Of a stretch of DNA of 64,000 nt, positions 14,301-28,277 are shown piece after piece. The position numbers and the translations under genes were made by a program. Position 1 is the first letter of the stretch; each line of letters starts with the position of its first letter. The notes below the pieces were generated by a model that was given only the letters and a program-made list of their open reading frames with translations, was not told the DNA's origin and ran no database searches. Source of the DNA: Catajapyx aquilonaris (taxonomy: Eukaryota); NCBI GenBank assembly GCA_000934665.2, contig KZ537966.1:62001-126000 (forward strand), read 5' to 3'.

Positions 14301-17300
14301 CGCGAGCCGAAATTGCGAGGGGCCCCCGTTTTGTAAACATTCGCATGATTGCAGGCCCAGATTTGCAAAAGGCCCGAATCTCTCTCTGACAAAGAGAAAG
14401 CGAGTCAATTTGGATACAGTGTGAAGAAAGATAGGCGTGAGGGATGGGAATAAATCCTGTGGGAATCCCGACCTGGATTCCGGCGCCCTGCAGGGACCTC
14501 TTATACCCGCGGAGAAACCCCGGGCAAAAGGGACCTACATTCCAAACTGCCGGATCAAATCCAGGAAATTCGCCGTCATGTAAAGACTCTCCGATCCACA
14601 CATCGGACCCAAACTCTTCCCGAAGGATTCTGCTCCAATAGCGATGGTGAGGTGCCTAGTCTCATACTAATTCTGGCCACTATGTGCTCCCCTTTTCTTC
14701 TTACAAATCGATACATACTTTTTGCACAGAGGCATGGAAACACCCCGAAAACCAGGCAATAAATGCCATGCCTACCCGGAGGCTACCCGGAGAAAATTCA
14801 ATTGGAAACATCATCCGCATATGCTGCAAATGGACGCCCGACCACAACAAGCTCCAAAATGCACTACATGGACCCTCCCTGTTTCGGCTCCAACGCAAAA
14901 GTTGGCCGCCGCTAGCGAGATAGCTATCCGGCGACAAGTATCGCATAATCTTCCGCCCGGATTAAACTTGGCGTCCGGACGACTCACAAAAAAAACAGGG
15001 GTCTGGTCACTGTCGCTCTGTTGCCAAGGGTTTGGATACGAGCCAGGGTCCACGTGCCCTTTTGCTCAGGTTCTTATTCATGCAGAACCTTTCCTTCACC
15101 TTGTAATGAATACCAGATCAGCTGATGACCAGCCGAGGGCAATAAACCCTCGGTATTGGAAGACGAGCGGCGAATTTTCAATCGTGGATGTGTCACAGAC
15201 TTTTGGATCAAGAAGTGTTGACAGCAAAAATACAGCATTGTTGCACAGTCGGCAACAGTGCAGCAGGGTTTACCACACCAACCGCAAACCACTGGCCACA
15301 AAATGTCTGCAGCAGGCTCGGGTTTGGGGGATGGGGTAGAGCGCCCCTCAGTATAATTTTCAAACAAGAGCGCGGGGGGCTAAAGATGCCAAATGCAATT
15401 ACACAAGCGGCGTGCTGGAACGATTAATCGATTGGGCTCGGCCAGCGAATGAAGCTCTGCCCCTCCGAGGTAATACGAAACACTATAACCGGAGACTTCG
15501 GAAGCCTTTCGCTCGTTCCAACCCCACAGGCGGGAATGATTAAACCCATCCAACGTGCATTGTTGCCATGGGTTCTTGAAAACCTCCATTTTATATGTAT
15601 AATTTTTAAAAAGCGGATTCACCTGGTAACTGTTCTCCACCTCTCGGATTATTCCGGGGTCCGCCCCGGGGTCCGACGTTTCTTGCTCCGTCTCGTGCAG
15701 TAATCGGCCTGATTTGCATAATACGCGCCGTCGGATAAGACAAAACGAAAAATCGTTTTCAGTCCTCGCTCTAATTCTTATCGGAACATGCTAATGGAGG
15801 CGGAGGAAAGTTCTAGTGATGTGCTCTTTTTAGATTGGGACCCGCCTGCGCTTACGTTGAATCTAAATACACCCGCGGAAAAAAAACCCCCCCGTAAAAG
15901 GTTCACGACTATAGCATTCAGAAAGTAAAAGTAAATACGGGTTGGAGTCAACTCTGTTTTACATATAGTACATAAACCTTAACACTATTAATTATGGTAC
16001 AGTACAGCTGCACTGTATAGCTCTTCAGCAGAAATATTTCCAAGAGAAGGTCGAAAAAGAACGAAATAAATTTTAGCGATATTCAGCGCTTCTCTTATTT
16101 AGTCATGGTGGGTGCTTTTGCTTGGATCAGATTCGATGGAGGCGTTCAAGTGAATGGGCTTATGTCGCTGGAATGGAGTTTGCCCTACTTATGCTGTCAT
16201 TCGGTATCCAGTTTTAATACAGGGAATGGAAGCTCCTTGGGTCACTATAATCAAATTATTTATTCAATCATTTATTTATTTTTCTCCCCCACATTCAAAC
16301 TTTCGCTTGTTTCTCACTTGGCTCTCTATATTTACAATCCCATAATTATAATAAAAATCATATTAGACACATACTGAAATTAAATTACGAATTTACTATC
16401 AGTTTTAACCAAGGCGCCTTCTCCCCATACCTATATGGTGTTTCATCTAGACTAGAGTATAGTTTATCATTTAATAACAACCCTGCAACTTATTCAGAAC
16501 AACCAGAGCTATAACGGTACTGTTGATTATAAATGTTCATATTATGTTGTTAAAGGTCATGAAGCACCCTGCTCTACTTTCTGCTTTTAATAATAATTCT
16601 TCATCTCTTTTTTTAAAAAAATACGCCCCTGTGTCCCGCTTTTCTGCTTGTGACTGTGGTATACAAAATGAACTTAACATCATTCATAATTATAATTTAA
16701 TGACTTATTCTCTCCCACCAGTCGCACAAATGTTGTTAATTATTCAAACAGAGAATTTTCAATGTTATTGTAGTGTTGTCAAGCTCGGTTAGGCTGGGTT
16801 ATTCAGGCAAGTCGAATAATTTTTCCTCATTATGAGTGTACAGTGCACAACGTTATTAAAATTATCGTCCAAAAATCGGCGCCATAATATCCAGTCCGGA
16901 GTACATAAAACTAGCCCTGTACCAATCATGGTAAAATTTGAGGCCATGGCCCTTCACACGTGTAAATAAGCCCAGTTTGCCCAAGTTAATCGCTCGTGGC
17001 CAAAATAAATACAAAACTACTGTTTCACACTGTGATACAGGTACCCCAGAAGGACTAAATACGACACAAATTTGTCATTCACAATACCAGGAGCAATTTC
17101 GATTCGCAATGCCTATATTAGATGGGTGTGAAATTACCATACATGCCAGCCTTTTCAATCTAATAGGACGCCTGATTCCTCCTCGTCGCCATGAAACATT
17201 AAACGTACAGTCATACTGAAAGTACGGTTGCATTACATGCAAGCGAACATGCAGGCCAGTGCACATTGTGACGTGAGAGTGTGCAGAATTGATTTTCAGA

Positions 17301-19323
17301 CACAATCGACGAAAGGAAGTTTAGGCCCGAGTTCGAATTAAAAAAGTCTTGCACACGGTGCACGCGACCAATGTAACGCACTACGCCTGACATAGTACTC
17401 GTCCAAGCAACGCGCACTGAATCGAATTTCATCTCTTTTCCAAGCTTTACACGAATTTTATTTCATGAGGTACACCGCCAGACCCGGAGCCTGTCCCAGG
17501 CAGCGAAGGTGAGTCCGAGGTGAAACCAATCCCGGGAAAAGGCTGCAACAGACGTGCCCGGAGAAAAATTGTTTCCAGATTCCAGGTGCTCGAGCAGGGA
17601 GTGACGTCGCACCTGAACCGTTAAGAGGACGCGCGACCATCATATACCTGGAATTTTTTTTCGTCCAATTCCATCCAATACCAAATACTGTACTTCAGAA
17701 ACAATATTCAATTTTGATACATGTGCAAGTAACTTGGTCATTACATGGCGACTGTATACATTGTCGACATTGAAGGCTACCAATTTTTCACCACCAATGC
17801 CCGATTTCTGACAGCTCTTTTTCCCAGGCTAGGCTCGTCCGCTCCAAAATTAATGGGCAATAACTTCGAAACAATTGTGTGGTACGTATGCCCATGTGCA
17901 GCTCACGCGAACGCTTCATTAACATTTCGAGGGGGTCCGTCCAACTAAAAAAAAAAAAAAAATACCTCCACAGAAACGAATCGAAAACAATGGAAACACC
18001 TCCAGCTAATTCTGCATGTGCCTAGGTACAGTATACTATTTCAATTGCAACTCATCTGAGATCAGATCCCCCTCTCCCCTCTTGCTCATAAAGGATTCGC
18101 TCGGGCTTTGGCTGCGGGATTTTACCTCATCTGGGAAATTGAAGCCGGAGCTTCCTCGCCTCCATGTCGTTAACCATGTTGCATGCATTTAACGCTCCTG
18201 GGCGATTACAAGCCGAATCAGGGACAACGTTCGGATCTACCTGGGAATTAATTCTTCCTTGCTTCGAGCAGCTTAGTTGTAATCCTGCGCCTCGTACATC
18301 ACGTCATAGTGACGTCAAACGGCACTTTGCTATCCGTTTTTTAAAATATCCATATAACCCACCGGCACGCGGCTAACACAATTCCACCTGGCGGACCAAA
18401 ATAATACAAAGGAAGGAGTAAATAGGCGCAAATGGCCGCCACTAAAAGTTTGGCTCCAGGGAGCCACCACCTCCTGGGGGGAAAAAAAGGCGGAAGAAAA
18501 AGAGGGGGGAAAAAAGAAAACGAGTTTGAAACGTCACGTCGCCACAGCTGCTGAAATTTACAGCCAGACTGCTCGAATAAGGCTTCTCATTCAAGCCCCA
18601 TAAATCAAAGGGGTATTCCAGATATAAATGAAGGTTGTAAAAGGCGGCGTCTAGCCTAGGAGTTTCTAACATGCGGCTCCCCAGTCAATTAAAAAGGTCC
18701 CGTTCTAGCCAGTTTTTGGAAGTAGCAGGTCTTAGAATGAACGCATCGGGCGACATCGAGAGGATTTGCATACAGTCAGAAGGGGACACAAATCTGCATT
18801 AAATTTCCGGTTCGTGTCACCACAGACATGCTGTCATTCTATACCATCGCCTTGTTCTTAAGCCGGATTTACCCTTCAGTAAAGTACACAAGCTAAAATT
18901 GCAGAGTATTTGTAATTAAAATATATGCTACAGTGTATCCACCATAATGATAAAAATTATGCATGAATCATAGTTACACTCCATACAACCGGAAAAAAGT
19001 GCTGACCACCTGCAAGATTGTTTCCTGCTCCATGCATAACATCCACCCCATACTAATTCAGCTCCTGCGAATAAATTAACATTACGCCTGGGAGTTTGAT
19101 TGTGATTTGTAGCTCAACGTGGCAGCAACTCATTAAAGAGAGTTGGTGCACCAGTAGTTGGATAGGAAGATTTAATAATGCAATGTGACAGGGAGTTGCA
19201 CTGCACAGAACGCACTGTATATATCCTTTGCATTGTGGGAGGCAAATCCAGTAGTCCCCGCATAAAAAGTAATGCATGTGCCAGGCTATAACTGGCAAAT
19301 GAAACTTGCAGGAAAGACCTGAC

Positions 19324-19416
19324 CTAGACCGGAGTCTACAACTCTAAGACTTGTCTGCAGCTTCCCGTATAGGGAAGCCACTCTGTTTCTACTTGTTTCT
19401 TGTCCCGGAGGCAGAG
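19324..19416 (-). CDS. Weak candidate 93-nt symmetric (phase 1-1) cassette exon
   Basis: Long polypyrimidine tract ending ctttctcctccag. The phase-1 frame is open (xLPPGQETSRNRVASLYGKLQTSLRVVDSGL) and the donor is TAG|gtcagg. The tract is a (GA)n repeat, so this could easily be chance. Confidence 0.12.
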
Positions 19417-21654
19417 CTGGAGGAGAAAGACAGAGAGAGAGAGAGGGAAGGGGGAGATAAAAAGAAGAGGGGTAGGAGTGGAGGAGGTTCTTTCCTGCCT
19501 ACAAATTTATACGAGCCAAAGTTGCATTTCGCAACTGCAAACTGCAAGGCGCAGGAGCCAACCCTTTATCCTTTACTGCCTCGAAAGAAAACGGAAAACA
19601 AGGCATGGGATATAACTCTGGCTTGTAAATTTACAGCATCCCACTCGTTCCGGCGATTTTTTTTTTTGTACCTCTGTATTTCTTGCACTAAACGAATGGG
19701 CTCTCCTTTAAAGCCTTTTATATTCAAATAAGGGTAATTGTCTTTCCTCTGTAACAACGGGCCAACTTTATGAGTTAATAATATTATGCTTTTTTGGTCA
19801 GAAGGGGCTAGAGCGAGAGGGGAAATTTAGCTGGCAAAATTTCGCAGCAAACAACATGTTGTGATCGATGCGCGATAAAACCGTGTTGGAGCTGCTCTGT
19901 ATATTACTTCTCTTCCGACATCTGCTACAGCTTTCCATCTTCAGCTAGGCATAACCCATTCGGCCGAGTTGACGAATAGGGACATTCCGCAATGCAATAA
20001 CGTTTTGTCATTACTACAATCAAACAGAGGATATTGGAACACATTCAATACCATTTCATTGCTGGCAATAAAAATGTTTCATGCGGGCAAAATTTCAATT
20101 CTGGGATGCAGTCAGGCAGATCCCAACAGTATGGCTCCAGTGTAACTTGCATTTCCATTGCGGAAAAAAAATATGCTGGGGCGATCTCAGCCAAGAAGGT
20201 TCCATCTGTAACTATGTATTAACAAAACTTGCGGCCGCTTCACCTGCAATTGCACTGTAACCTCTCAAATATCAGAATTTAAGTCCCACTAAGCAAGGTA
20301 TATGTAAGTGCCATAAAATCAGCAACACATGGGGGAAACTGGCAGGCAAGTCAAACCTGCTAGTTAAGCACACTATTGTATTCTTTTGATAGTTCAGCAG
20401 TCCTTTTTAAAAAGTCGGAAACCGGATATTCTTTTGTACTCTGTCGGCTCCCTGCCCCGCCCGTTACCCCCAAAAAAAGATTGTTAAAAAAGCACGGTTG
20501 AAACTTTCTGACAATACCGGCATCGAATTCCCTCCCAATTCGATCCCTGGAACCAAAGCAATTCTTTGTTCCAGCAGCTCGATTGCCCTTCAAGCACAAA
20601 TCTCTAGAAGGCAAGAAGGGGGGGTTGTCTGAAGAGGCAAAAGACGTGGGGTCCAGGACAGGTGAGGAGAGGCGGGACACACTTTATGCGCCGTCTACGC
20701 CCTCCTCGTGCAACGGCATTCAACTGCAGCACGGCGTGAGATTTATGGTAAGGTCCTAACAAGCTGTGAAAAATGGGCAAAACGCCAATTTGTCTGGAAA
20801 AGAGCAGAGAAAGGACAGGCGGGAGAGGCGGACGGAGGAGTGGGAGGTGATGCTGCAATCGCTCACACCGACGTCTTTTGTCCAAAAGCCAGGCCGTATA
20901 CAGTGTGACTGCCCATCCGGCAACTTTCCAAACTGTTTTCCCTCAGTCGGACAAATATTCATCTTTTTTCCCCTGTCTGTAAACCGGCTGCTAAAACACA
21001 CAGTATGTTGCAGACTTAAATCCCTGAAAAATTCATACCCGAGGGGGAAATGGTTCGGATAATCATGTGATTGCATGTGAATTGCAAGTCCAGAGAGGTT
21101 CCTCCCCAGCCCCACGCAATCAACACATTCGGGCACTTTTGGTCGCACGACCCATAAACACGGCATAAAGCAAATACCGAAAAAAAAGAGTGGTCTAGAG
21201 GGGGCGGACTCTCTCTAGGCAATGGCCTGTTACTCATTGATTTGCCTCGGATGATTTATTTACTCGAGACCTGGAAGAGGCCAATACTGCACTCCGCCTA
21301 CATGACGCTTCTTTAGGCTATGCCACTAAACTTCGTCCCTTTCATGTCCGAGGAGGCTCCTGTCGATATAGCACTGTCCCATCGGAATGTCAGTAACCAG
21401 ATAATATACTCACGTAAAAAAAAAGGAGGGGGTTGGGATGAAAGGGTCTTCTAACACAAGGAGGGTCAAGAAACCCGGTCTCTTTTCATTCCATGTCCTT
21501 TCTTGCTTTTTTTATATATAAATTTTTTTACCTCACTTTTCTTTGGTAGAAGGGGGTAGCATTTCCGTAACTTGGAAGGAGTAATATGGCTCTTCTGGTC
21601 AGTTTGAGTCCCTAGAGATTTGAAGCCAAAATAATGGAAACAGTTTCAATTTTT

Positions 21655-21675
21655 TCTCTCTCTCTCTCTCTCTCT
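21655..21675. repeat. (TC)10 microsatellite
   Basis: Perfect TC run read directly. Confidence 0.95.
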
Positions 21676-22487
21676 GGCCTGGACCAGAAAAGGCATCAAA
21701 GTAGACATGATGTGGCTACTGTCACCGATGGTGGGATTTAACAATTGACAATAATTACTGTATTGATAAAACCTACTTGCTTGTGTAAACTGATATCATT
21801 TTTAGGAGGATTGCTACTTTTGAGAACATGTTAGGTAAGATGCGCAGATGTTACGAGCATGATCCCATTTCGCCGTATTGTACCAGGCACTTTTTTTTCC
21901 ACAAATGGCACAGTTCATGGGGAAAACATTACGTTTGGAGCCAACCCTGCCTATAAGAATAAAATAACCGCTCATGCGAAGCCTCACGAACCAATTCCAG
22001 GTTTTTGTTCCGCCGTCCCCCCCCCCACACACCGCCNCCCCCCCCCCCTGCAAAAATAAAAAATAAAAAAACCGCGTAAAGACCACAAAGGTGAAGCCCG
22101 ACAACAGCAACCTGCTCAAATGTACTGCAACATTACAAATGCAGTGCAACAAAGAGGAATTCATCGCATTTATAATGGAGTCCCCGGCTTGTTGTGCCCC
22201 GGCTTGATTATACTAAGCACGTTTGACATAAACAAAGGGTTCATTTGTTTCTGTTCCGAGGGGGCGGGAAGGTCCGGGGGGGAGGTTATTACACATCCCC
22301 CCTTCCCCACCCAACCCCCTGTAATTACACAAATTCTTTCAGGTTTGGGTGCTAAAGTGGCATAATTCCAACTTGGCCCGGCCCCGGACATTTGTTAACG
22401 ATTAAAGCCGAGAGACACGTTGCTTCAGATAACTTTTTTCCCCCCTCCCCCTCTTCCATGTTCATGTTGTTATTTTTTCCCTCCCAC

Positions 22488-22589
22488 CCATCCTAGCTTC
22501 TGGTTCAACTTCAGCTCGGAGCGTTTGTTGATTACATGACTCCGAGGTGGGAAATGGGGACAGCATCTCTCGGTCCCGTAAATCGTCGT
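22488..22589 (-). CDS. Weak candidate 102-nt symmetric (phase 1-1) internal exon
   Basis: Acceptor cctttcatcttcttgcag. The phase-1 frame is open (xDDLRDREMLSPFPTSESCNQQTLRAEVEPEARM) and the donor TGG|gtggga is moderate. No family recognised. Confidence 0.2.
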
Positions 22590-25023
22590 CTGCAAGAAGA
22601 TGAAAGGCTCGCTCGAGACTAGGACAAGCCCTCTTCCTCACTCTTGCTCTGCTCGAATAGCAACACCGACCTTTTATTTTAGAATTGGAAGCGGGCCAAG
22701 CTGAGGAAATAACACGGGTCCTTTGGAAAATAGAAAGGCGGGAACACCCCCCCTTTTTCCCTCAGTGTGGGGGTATGGCCGGCAAAACTGCGGCCGGATT
22801 GCCAACTGCCGTGCGAAATGCATCATAACCCACCAACACCCAGCCCCAGCACACTAGAAAACCTCCCACGGTTGGGCGTGCATCTTGCAAAATTTACGGA
22901 GAGGTAACGCTTGCCGTGCATAAACGTGGTCGGGGGCTTTTGCACAACTCGCAGCCTCAGAACTTCACACTCCAGGCACAAAATATGACCCTAAAGCGTG
23001 AAGAAAAAAATGTACGCTATATTATCACTTTACATTTTTTCGTGTCACCACGAGTTCTGAACCTGACAATATTTGACGTGAAATGCTTTTCGGCTGTCGT
23101 CGTCGACTTTTTTTATCCGTGCTGTACGACATGCGTGAATAGCAACGGCCTTGCTACAAAAAAGGGGGGCCGTTTATGAAGGCCAGATAACGTCGACGAT
23201 TGGGTCGGCCTTGTGGTCTGCCTGATAAAAATGTTCGCGCGGCGCCAAAGATTTTAGGGTGTGAACCAGGTGTTCCGACGTGACCTGGGATGTGTGAAAT
23301 AATAATGATGGATGTCATGTGTCGACATACTGTGAGGATGGACATAAGATATGCATGGAGGTTGCAATGTCGTTTTCATGTGCGACAAACTTACTGGGTT
23401 CAATGAATATTGGATCTAAGTTTCGCGGTCAGGTGGCGTCCGACCACAACGCCATCTCATCGGTACACCCTTCGACTTGCACCGAACGTGTGGGTAACAT
23501 ATTACACACGACCGTGAAATATCTATTCCAGGCACTTACCCAGCATACTGACCTAGGTCACGCACCCAACAGGGCGTAATATGCAAATTTATGACCTCGT
23601 AAAAAAATGAACACTTAAGACGGCGGCTCCCGTCATATATTTTTAGCCAGACTGTACCATCGCGTGAGGTAACGATTCCACAACAACCCACTAAACACAA
23701 AAGTCATACTCTGGTCCTTTTTATTGCCAGCACGGCGGATGAACGCGACGCTTTGAAGACAGCCATACGTCGCAAATCACCAGGCATACGTACAACCCAC
23801 AAGTCGCGTGCAACTCCAAACCAAGAATGATTTGCTTATGTCCACGTCTGTACTATTGGGCGGCACGCAAAATATAAAAAATCCTCTCAAAGGCCACGAC
23901 TTGCTTTCAACGGGCCCCAAGAGCACCTCCCCTCCCAAATTTATTCCCACTTCCGGTTCTCCCTATTGCGTAACATGATGTGCAACCTATCTAGAGGTTC
24001 CGGTTGACTTTGCACATTCAAAGGAAGCCGCTGCCACTAGAAACACTTGTAACTTGTGTCACACACTTTTTATGGCAAGGGTAACTACTCGCTGGGGCTG
24101 GTACCCTGTAACACCCACTCCAGCTTCTGGCAACCCTTGCTGAACCCACGACTCAAAAATAGTCGGGTCACAAAGCCAGGCAGGACGTGAAGGTAAATGT
24201 GTAGATATTTCTGGAACGCGACTATTCCAAAAAAAAAAATTGCTTTTTTTTCTGTACGCGGAAGGCTTCCCATTCACGACTCATTTGTGTCTTAAGATAG
24301 ACGTGAAGGTGGGATGTTTCGACTAAAGTGCTTTTAAAGCGCGGCTCATGTTCGTGTTTACAATGCCACGTTTTCCTTCATAGCTGAAAAATTATGCTCC
24401 AGTTAATATTGGTGCGATAGTGTTCTAAAACGCTTTTTCGGGGGGAGCATTAAAAAAACTTGTGGCTCAGATAAGCATGAATATGACAATGTACAACCTT
24501 CGTGAACAAGCAACAGTTGCACGGACAAAAACATTTCCCACGCGATATAACCCATGATGATTATCAAGAAACAAAATTAGAATACTTTCGCACCAAGCGT
24601 CGAAACAGCGTCAACCACAGCCAAAATTCAAAAACAAGATTGCAAACAACACACTGTACACGTTATTTGTATTACACCAAAAAGCTCTGAAAATGATATT
24701 ACGCACGCTACAACACATTTTACATCGCGTTACGATACCCCAGGTGCTTTGTTGTGCTGTAACTGGCCGTGTCATTGAATGTATGGCACAGGCAAGGATT
24801 CATTAATCCCCCAAAATGCGCAGCACGATTGTTTCAAAGGCTTTTCAAACCAACCAGGTGTCAAACTCGTTATCCCCCCGCCTCCAATGTAAATAACACT
24901 TTGAACTATAGCACGTGTGTATATGTATATGGAGGGTGGGGAAGTGGCCATCATTATTCTTCTGCTTTGTTTTCTGGATGGATACAATGGAGGTGATTTT
25001 TCCGTCACGTGCAATGGACTCAC

Positions 25024-25123
25024 TTGCGTTCAGAGGTAAGGTGGATTCGACGGCGACGGCGGCTGCAGCAGCGGCGGCCGCGGCCGCGGCGGCAGCTGCA
25101 ACGGCGGCGGCGGTGTTGGACAT
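25024..25123 (-). CDS. First coding exon segment encoding a poly-alanine N-terminus (MSNTAAAV-A14-VAVESTLPLNA), phase-1 donor; gene unidentified
   Basis: ATG at 25123, 33 codons plus 1 nt, then donor CAA|gtgagt (25023-25018). The 14-Ala run uses all four GCN codons, as expected of a selected amino-acid repeat rather than a pure triplet expansion. It lies in a sharp local GC island. Confidence 0.7.
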
Positions 25124-25760
25124 GGATGCCCCTGCATCCACCCGGACCGCTCTCTGGCTGTCACTCCGGATGACCTGGTGCTGCTGAGGCCGGGAGTGGA
25201 CCAGAAGTCGTCGCCACTCACATGGTGCCAGGAGGAGGTCGCTCCTCCGACTGGTGGTGGTGGTGTTGGTGATGGTGATGCCGGTTCTGGTAGGTTGGTG
25301 AAGGTGATGGCCACGGAGGGACCCACCGTTTTTTTTCTTTCGTTTTTCTATTTTATACGGGTGTATGTAATCGGAGGGGGGGGGTGATGTGTGTGCGAGG
25401 ATCGGGCCTCCCGGAGCGAATGGCAGTGGTGGTGGTGGTAGTAGGTGGTGGTGTTGGGAGAGGCAGAGACGCGCAGGTCAGCGGGGCAGGAGGCCGGGAT
25501 AGGATGGGGCGGTAGGGGCGGGGGGAGACGTCGATCGATGCCGCCGACCGACAGACGACGACGACGCCGTCAGCCTGCCAGCCTCCACCCCATCCCCAAC
25601 ACCCAACCACTGGTCCCCGCCGACTCTTATTGTCCATCCAAGTCCTCATCACCTGACCACGACCACACTCACGAGTGTCCTCAGATGCCCATTGTCCTGG
25701 CTCCGGATCATCCAAACCCGGATTCCACCCTGCCTCGTTATCCCCGTGCTCTTTGGATAT
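25124..25760 (-). other. Putative GC-rich 5' leader of the poly-Ala exon with several upstream ATGs; 5' boundary unknown
   Basis: GC-rich sequence with CAC/ACC and GTC low-complexity runs continuous with the CDS. It has ATG-TGA at 25223-25218, an out-of-frame ATG at 25137 and further ATGs near 25640-25712. A DRE-like TATCGATT lies at 25879-25872. Confidence 0.35.
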
Positions 25761-28246
25761 GTAGTGTATCTTTATGAATATGTATCGTCGGCCTTGACCG
25801 TTTTCAAACAGAGGCTCTCTCCTCTCTCATACACGCCTTACAGTACAGAAACAGCCCAGCTCTAAATGGAAAATCGATATCTAAAATAGGCAAAGCCACA
25901 GCCGTACAGAGCAGCGGTACACGCTTCAGCAATTGCCTAAAATCCACGTTAATGTTCGATCCTTTTACTAAAAAAGAATGCAAAAAAAAAAACTGGTTTC
26001 CAATTCGCACTAGTCCATTTAGTCTATGGGTGCGTGTGCCGCTGGTAGTCAGCCTAAATGATAAAAAAATCTATAGGAAAAAAAAACATGGTCTCGCTCT
26101 TAAATGTGGGTGAAAAGTCGCTTTCGGCCACACATGATGCTGCTTGTTATGCAATTCGGTTTCCTGAAATTGCCTGTACTGCTCGTGCATAACATACTCA
26201 GTACATCCATAGATTTCGTTTTTACAAAGATAAAGTACTCTGGCAGAGTGCGCGCAGGTTCCAAATGTCCCGAAACATTAGCTTCTTATAAAAATAACCT
26301 CAACTGTAACTAACAGAATGTTCCACAAACATTGGAATACTGTACACATCACATTTCCATATTATATTTCCCCAACTATAATGTGAACGTGGATTTTACA
26401 CACGCTATTATCACCTGTAATAAGCTAATTTACACCAGATATTACATCAATTCCTCCATGGTGCATTTGTTCCTTTTTTCGAAAGCGACACAACTGAGAC
26501 ATGAAAGTATTCCCCTACTACACATAAGCTGTGTGGTAAACATCCATCCATCAGGAGATTCATGACCCGTTGCATGAACGGTGATGCCCAATAAAGCAGT
26601 TCTTCCACGTCCACTGGCTTTGTATGTAAATGAGTGATTTCTGATAAGCTTATCAATAGACAAAGTATCACTCAGTCAACCTCACAAACTCATTTGCGGG
26701 GTTAAAAATTAAAAGCTACCGTCAGGCTAAGCGTAATAACGCTATAACGACCTTTTAGACTGTTGACAGACACGAGATATTTTGGATCATATTAACATGC
26801 AACCTTATCTTAAAGCTTTCCTTCTAGGAAAAATTCTTTCTTACGGGAAAACGTTTACAGACACGATTACCTTTTTCTATTACGAGCAACGCTTTGGCCA
26901 TATTATCACAACATAAAGCACAAATCATCAACCCTTTTCACACATGTTCTTTTGTGCGTGAAAACTTTCGGACATAATTCTCGACAGCTTGATATATTAC
27001 AAAGTTGTAAGTCCTAATTTATATTCAACGCACCGTATCCTGTTCAAAAAGCACTGGCTTATCAGTTCGCTAAGAGTTCCTCGGTTATCGCAACATTTAC
27101 CTGAGTGTATCAGGGGTCTATTGATCTCCTCTCTGGTAATAGCGGCGTTATCTGACGTAACCGCAGAAGTTACAGCGATAACGACCTTTCATCTATGCAT
27201 GTATGTTATCTTGTGGCTCGTGTAAAAGAAATCCTATAGGTCCAATATGTCCTATATAAACATAAAACGTGAATCACATCAAACATCGCATCTGCTTTCG
27301 CACGCTGGTTATAAAGACGATTTCAAAATAATTCTTGATTCAATTCGTGTCAGTTGTCAGAATAGAACCATTCATTATACACGGCTTTATATACAGTGTG
27401 TCTTAGAGACCGAATATTCTAAGAATATCCTGACTTTCATGCCATTGTCGTACACTCTACCCGATGACACATGTGAATCAACATTTGCAGTCCTTATTCA
27501 AACACCACCTGCAAGAAAATACTTCATGGAACATGACGCGTATGACATTTGTCTCTCAGCCTTTCACTGTACTCTGGAACTATAAGGGGCAACCCGAGAT
27601 CTTCTGTAGGAAGCTTGAGCCATAAACACAATTCCCATAACTGTTGAAGTTATTGTCTATAATTTCTAGATGAGTCAACAACTTGCACTATATGACTCTA
27701 ATGTTTGTTCCTTCCTCGAATTAATAGTGCTCTCATCCCAACTAAGCATCAAGAGCTGGTAGTTGACTGCTCCTCACAACAACAGTAGTTTCAGTAACTG
27801 AAAAAGTCGATGCATTGTTACAGCAAACTATAGAAAGAACGGCACAAATCCTAGCACCCGGACCAGAAACCGATGAGTATAAGATCCGGCCGAAGTATTG
27901 ACCAGTGAAGCTCGATAAATGAAAAACAATCACTCGCTAAGAATCAGTGTGGCCACAAAAAAATCAATGGGACCGAACGGGAACAGGTCTCAGAGCTCAA
28001 CAAAAGAAAACGAAAAAATGAAAAAAAATAGATATATCCTGGCCAGTTTCTGTCCAACTCCGAACACAATAGTCTAGATCCTTCGGTCCGACATGACTGC
28101 ACATTCTTTTCACTTACTTAGCAGCGAGTTACTTGCTGCCTCAGAATCATGATTCACCTCCTTCTGTATGAACATCTGCACCCGCAATTTGTCACCTGCC
28201 CTCATTTATTTTAACACCCATTACTACCCCTAGGCGAGCAACTAAT

Positions 28247-28277
28247 TCTGGATATATGTGGGGCCCATATATCTAGA
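28247..28277. repeat. Short hairpin / imperfect palindrome
   Basis: TCTGGATATATG ... CATATATCTAGA gives a 12-bp stem with one G-T pair and a 7-nt loop. Confidence 0.6.

Noticed and set aside
14722..15339. 205-aa plus-strand ORF
   Set aside because: No domain or codon signal, and it overlaps several equally meaningless ORFs in a GC-richer patch.
24915..25187. Plus-strand ORF that also encodes poly-Ala
   Set aside because: GCN repeats read as Ala on both strands. The minus strand has an ATG directly before the tract and a consensus donor directly after it, while the rest of the plus-strand ORF is not protein-like.
26447..26671. Peptide faintly resembling the LINE RT N-terminal motif (...VVSLSKKG...)
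   Set aside because: No NYRPI or downstream RT motifs and the spacing is wrong, so it is not distinguishable from chance.
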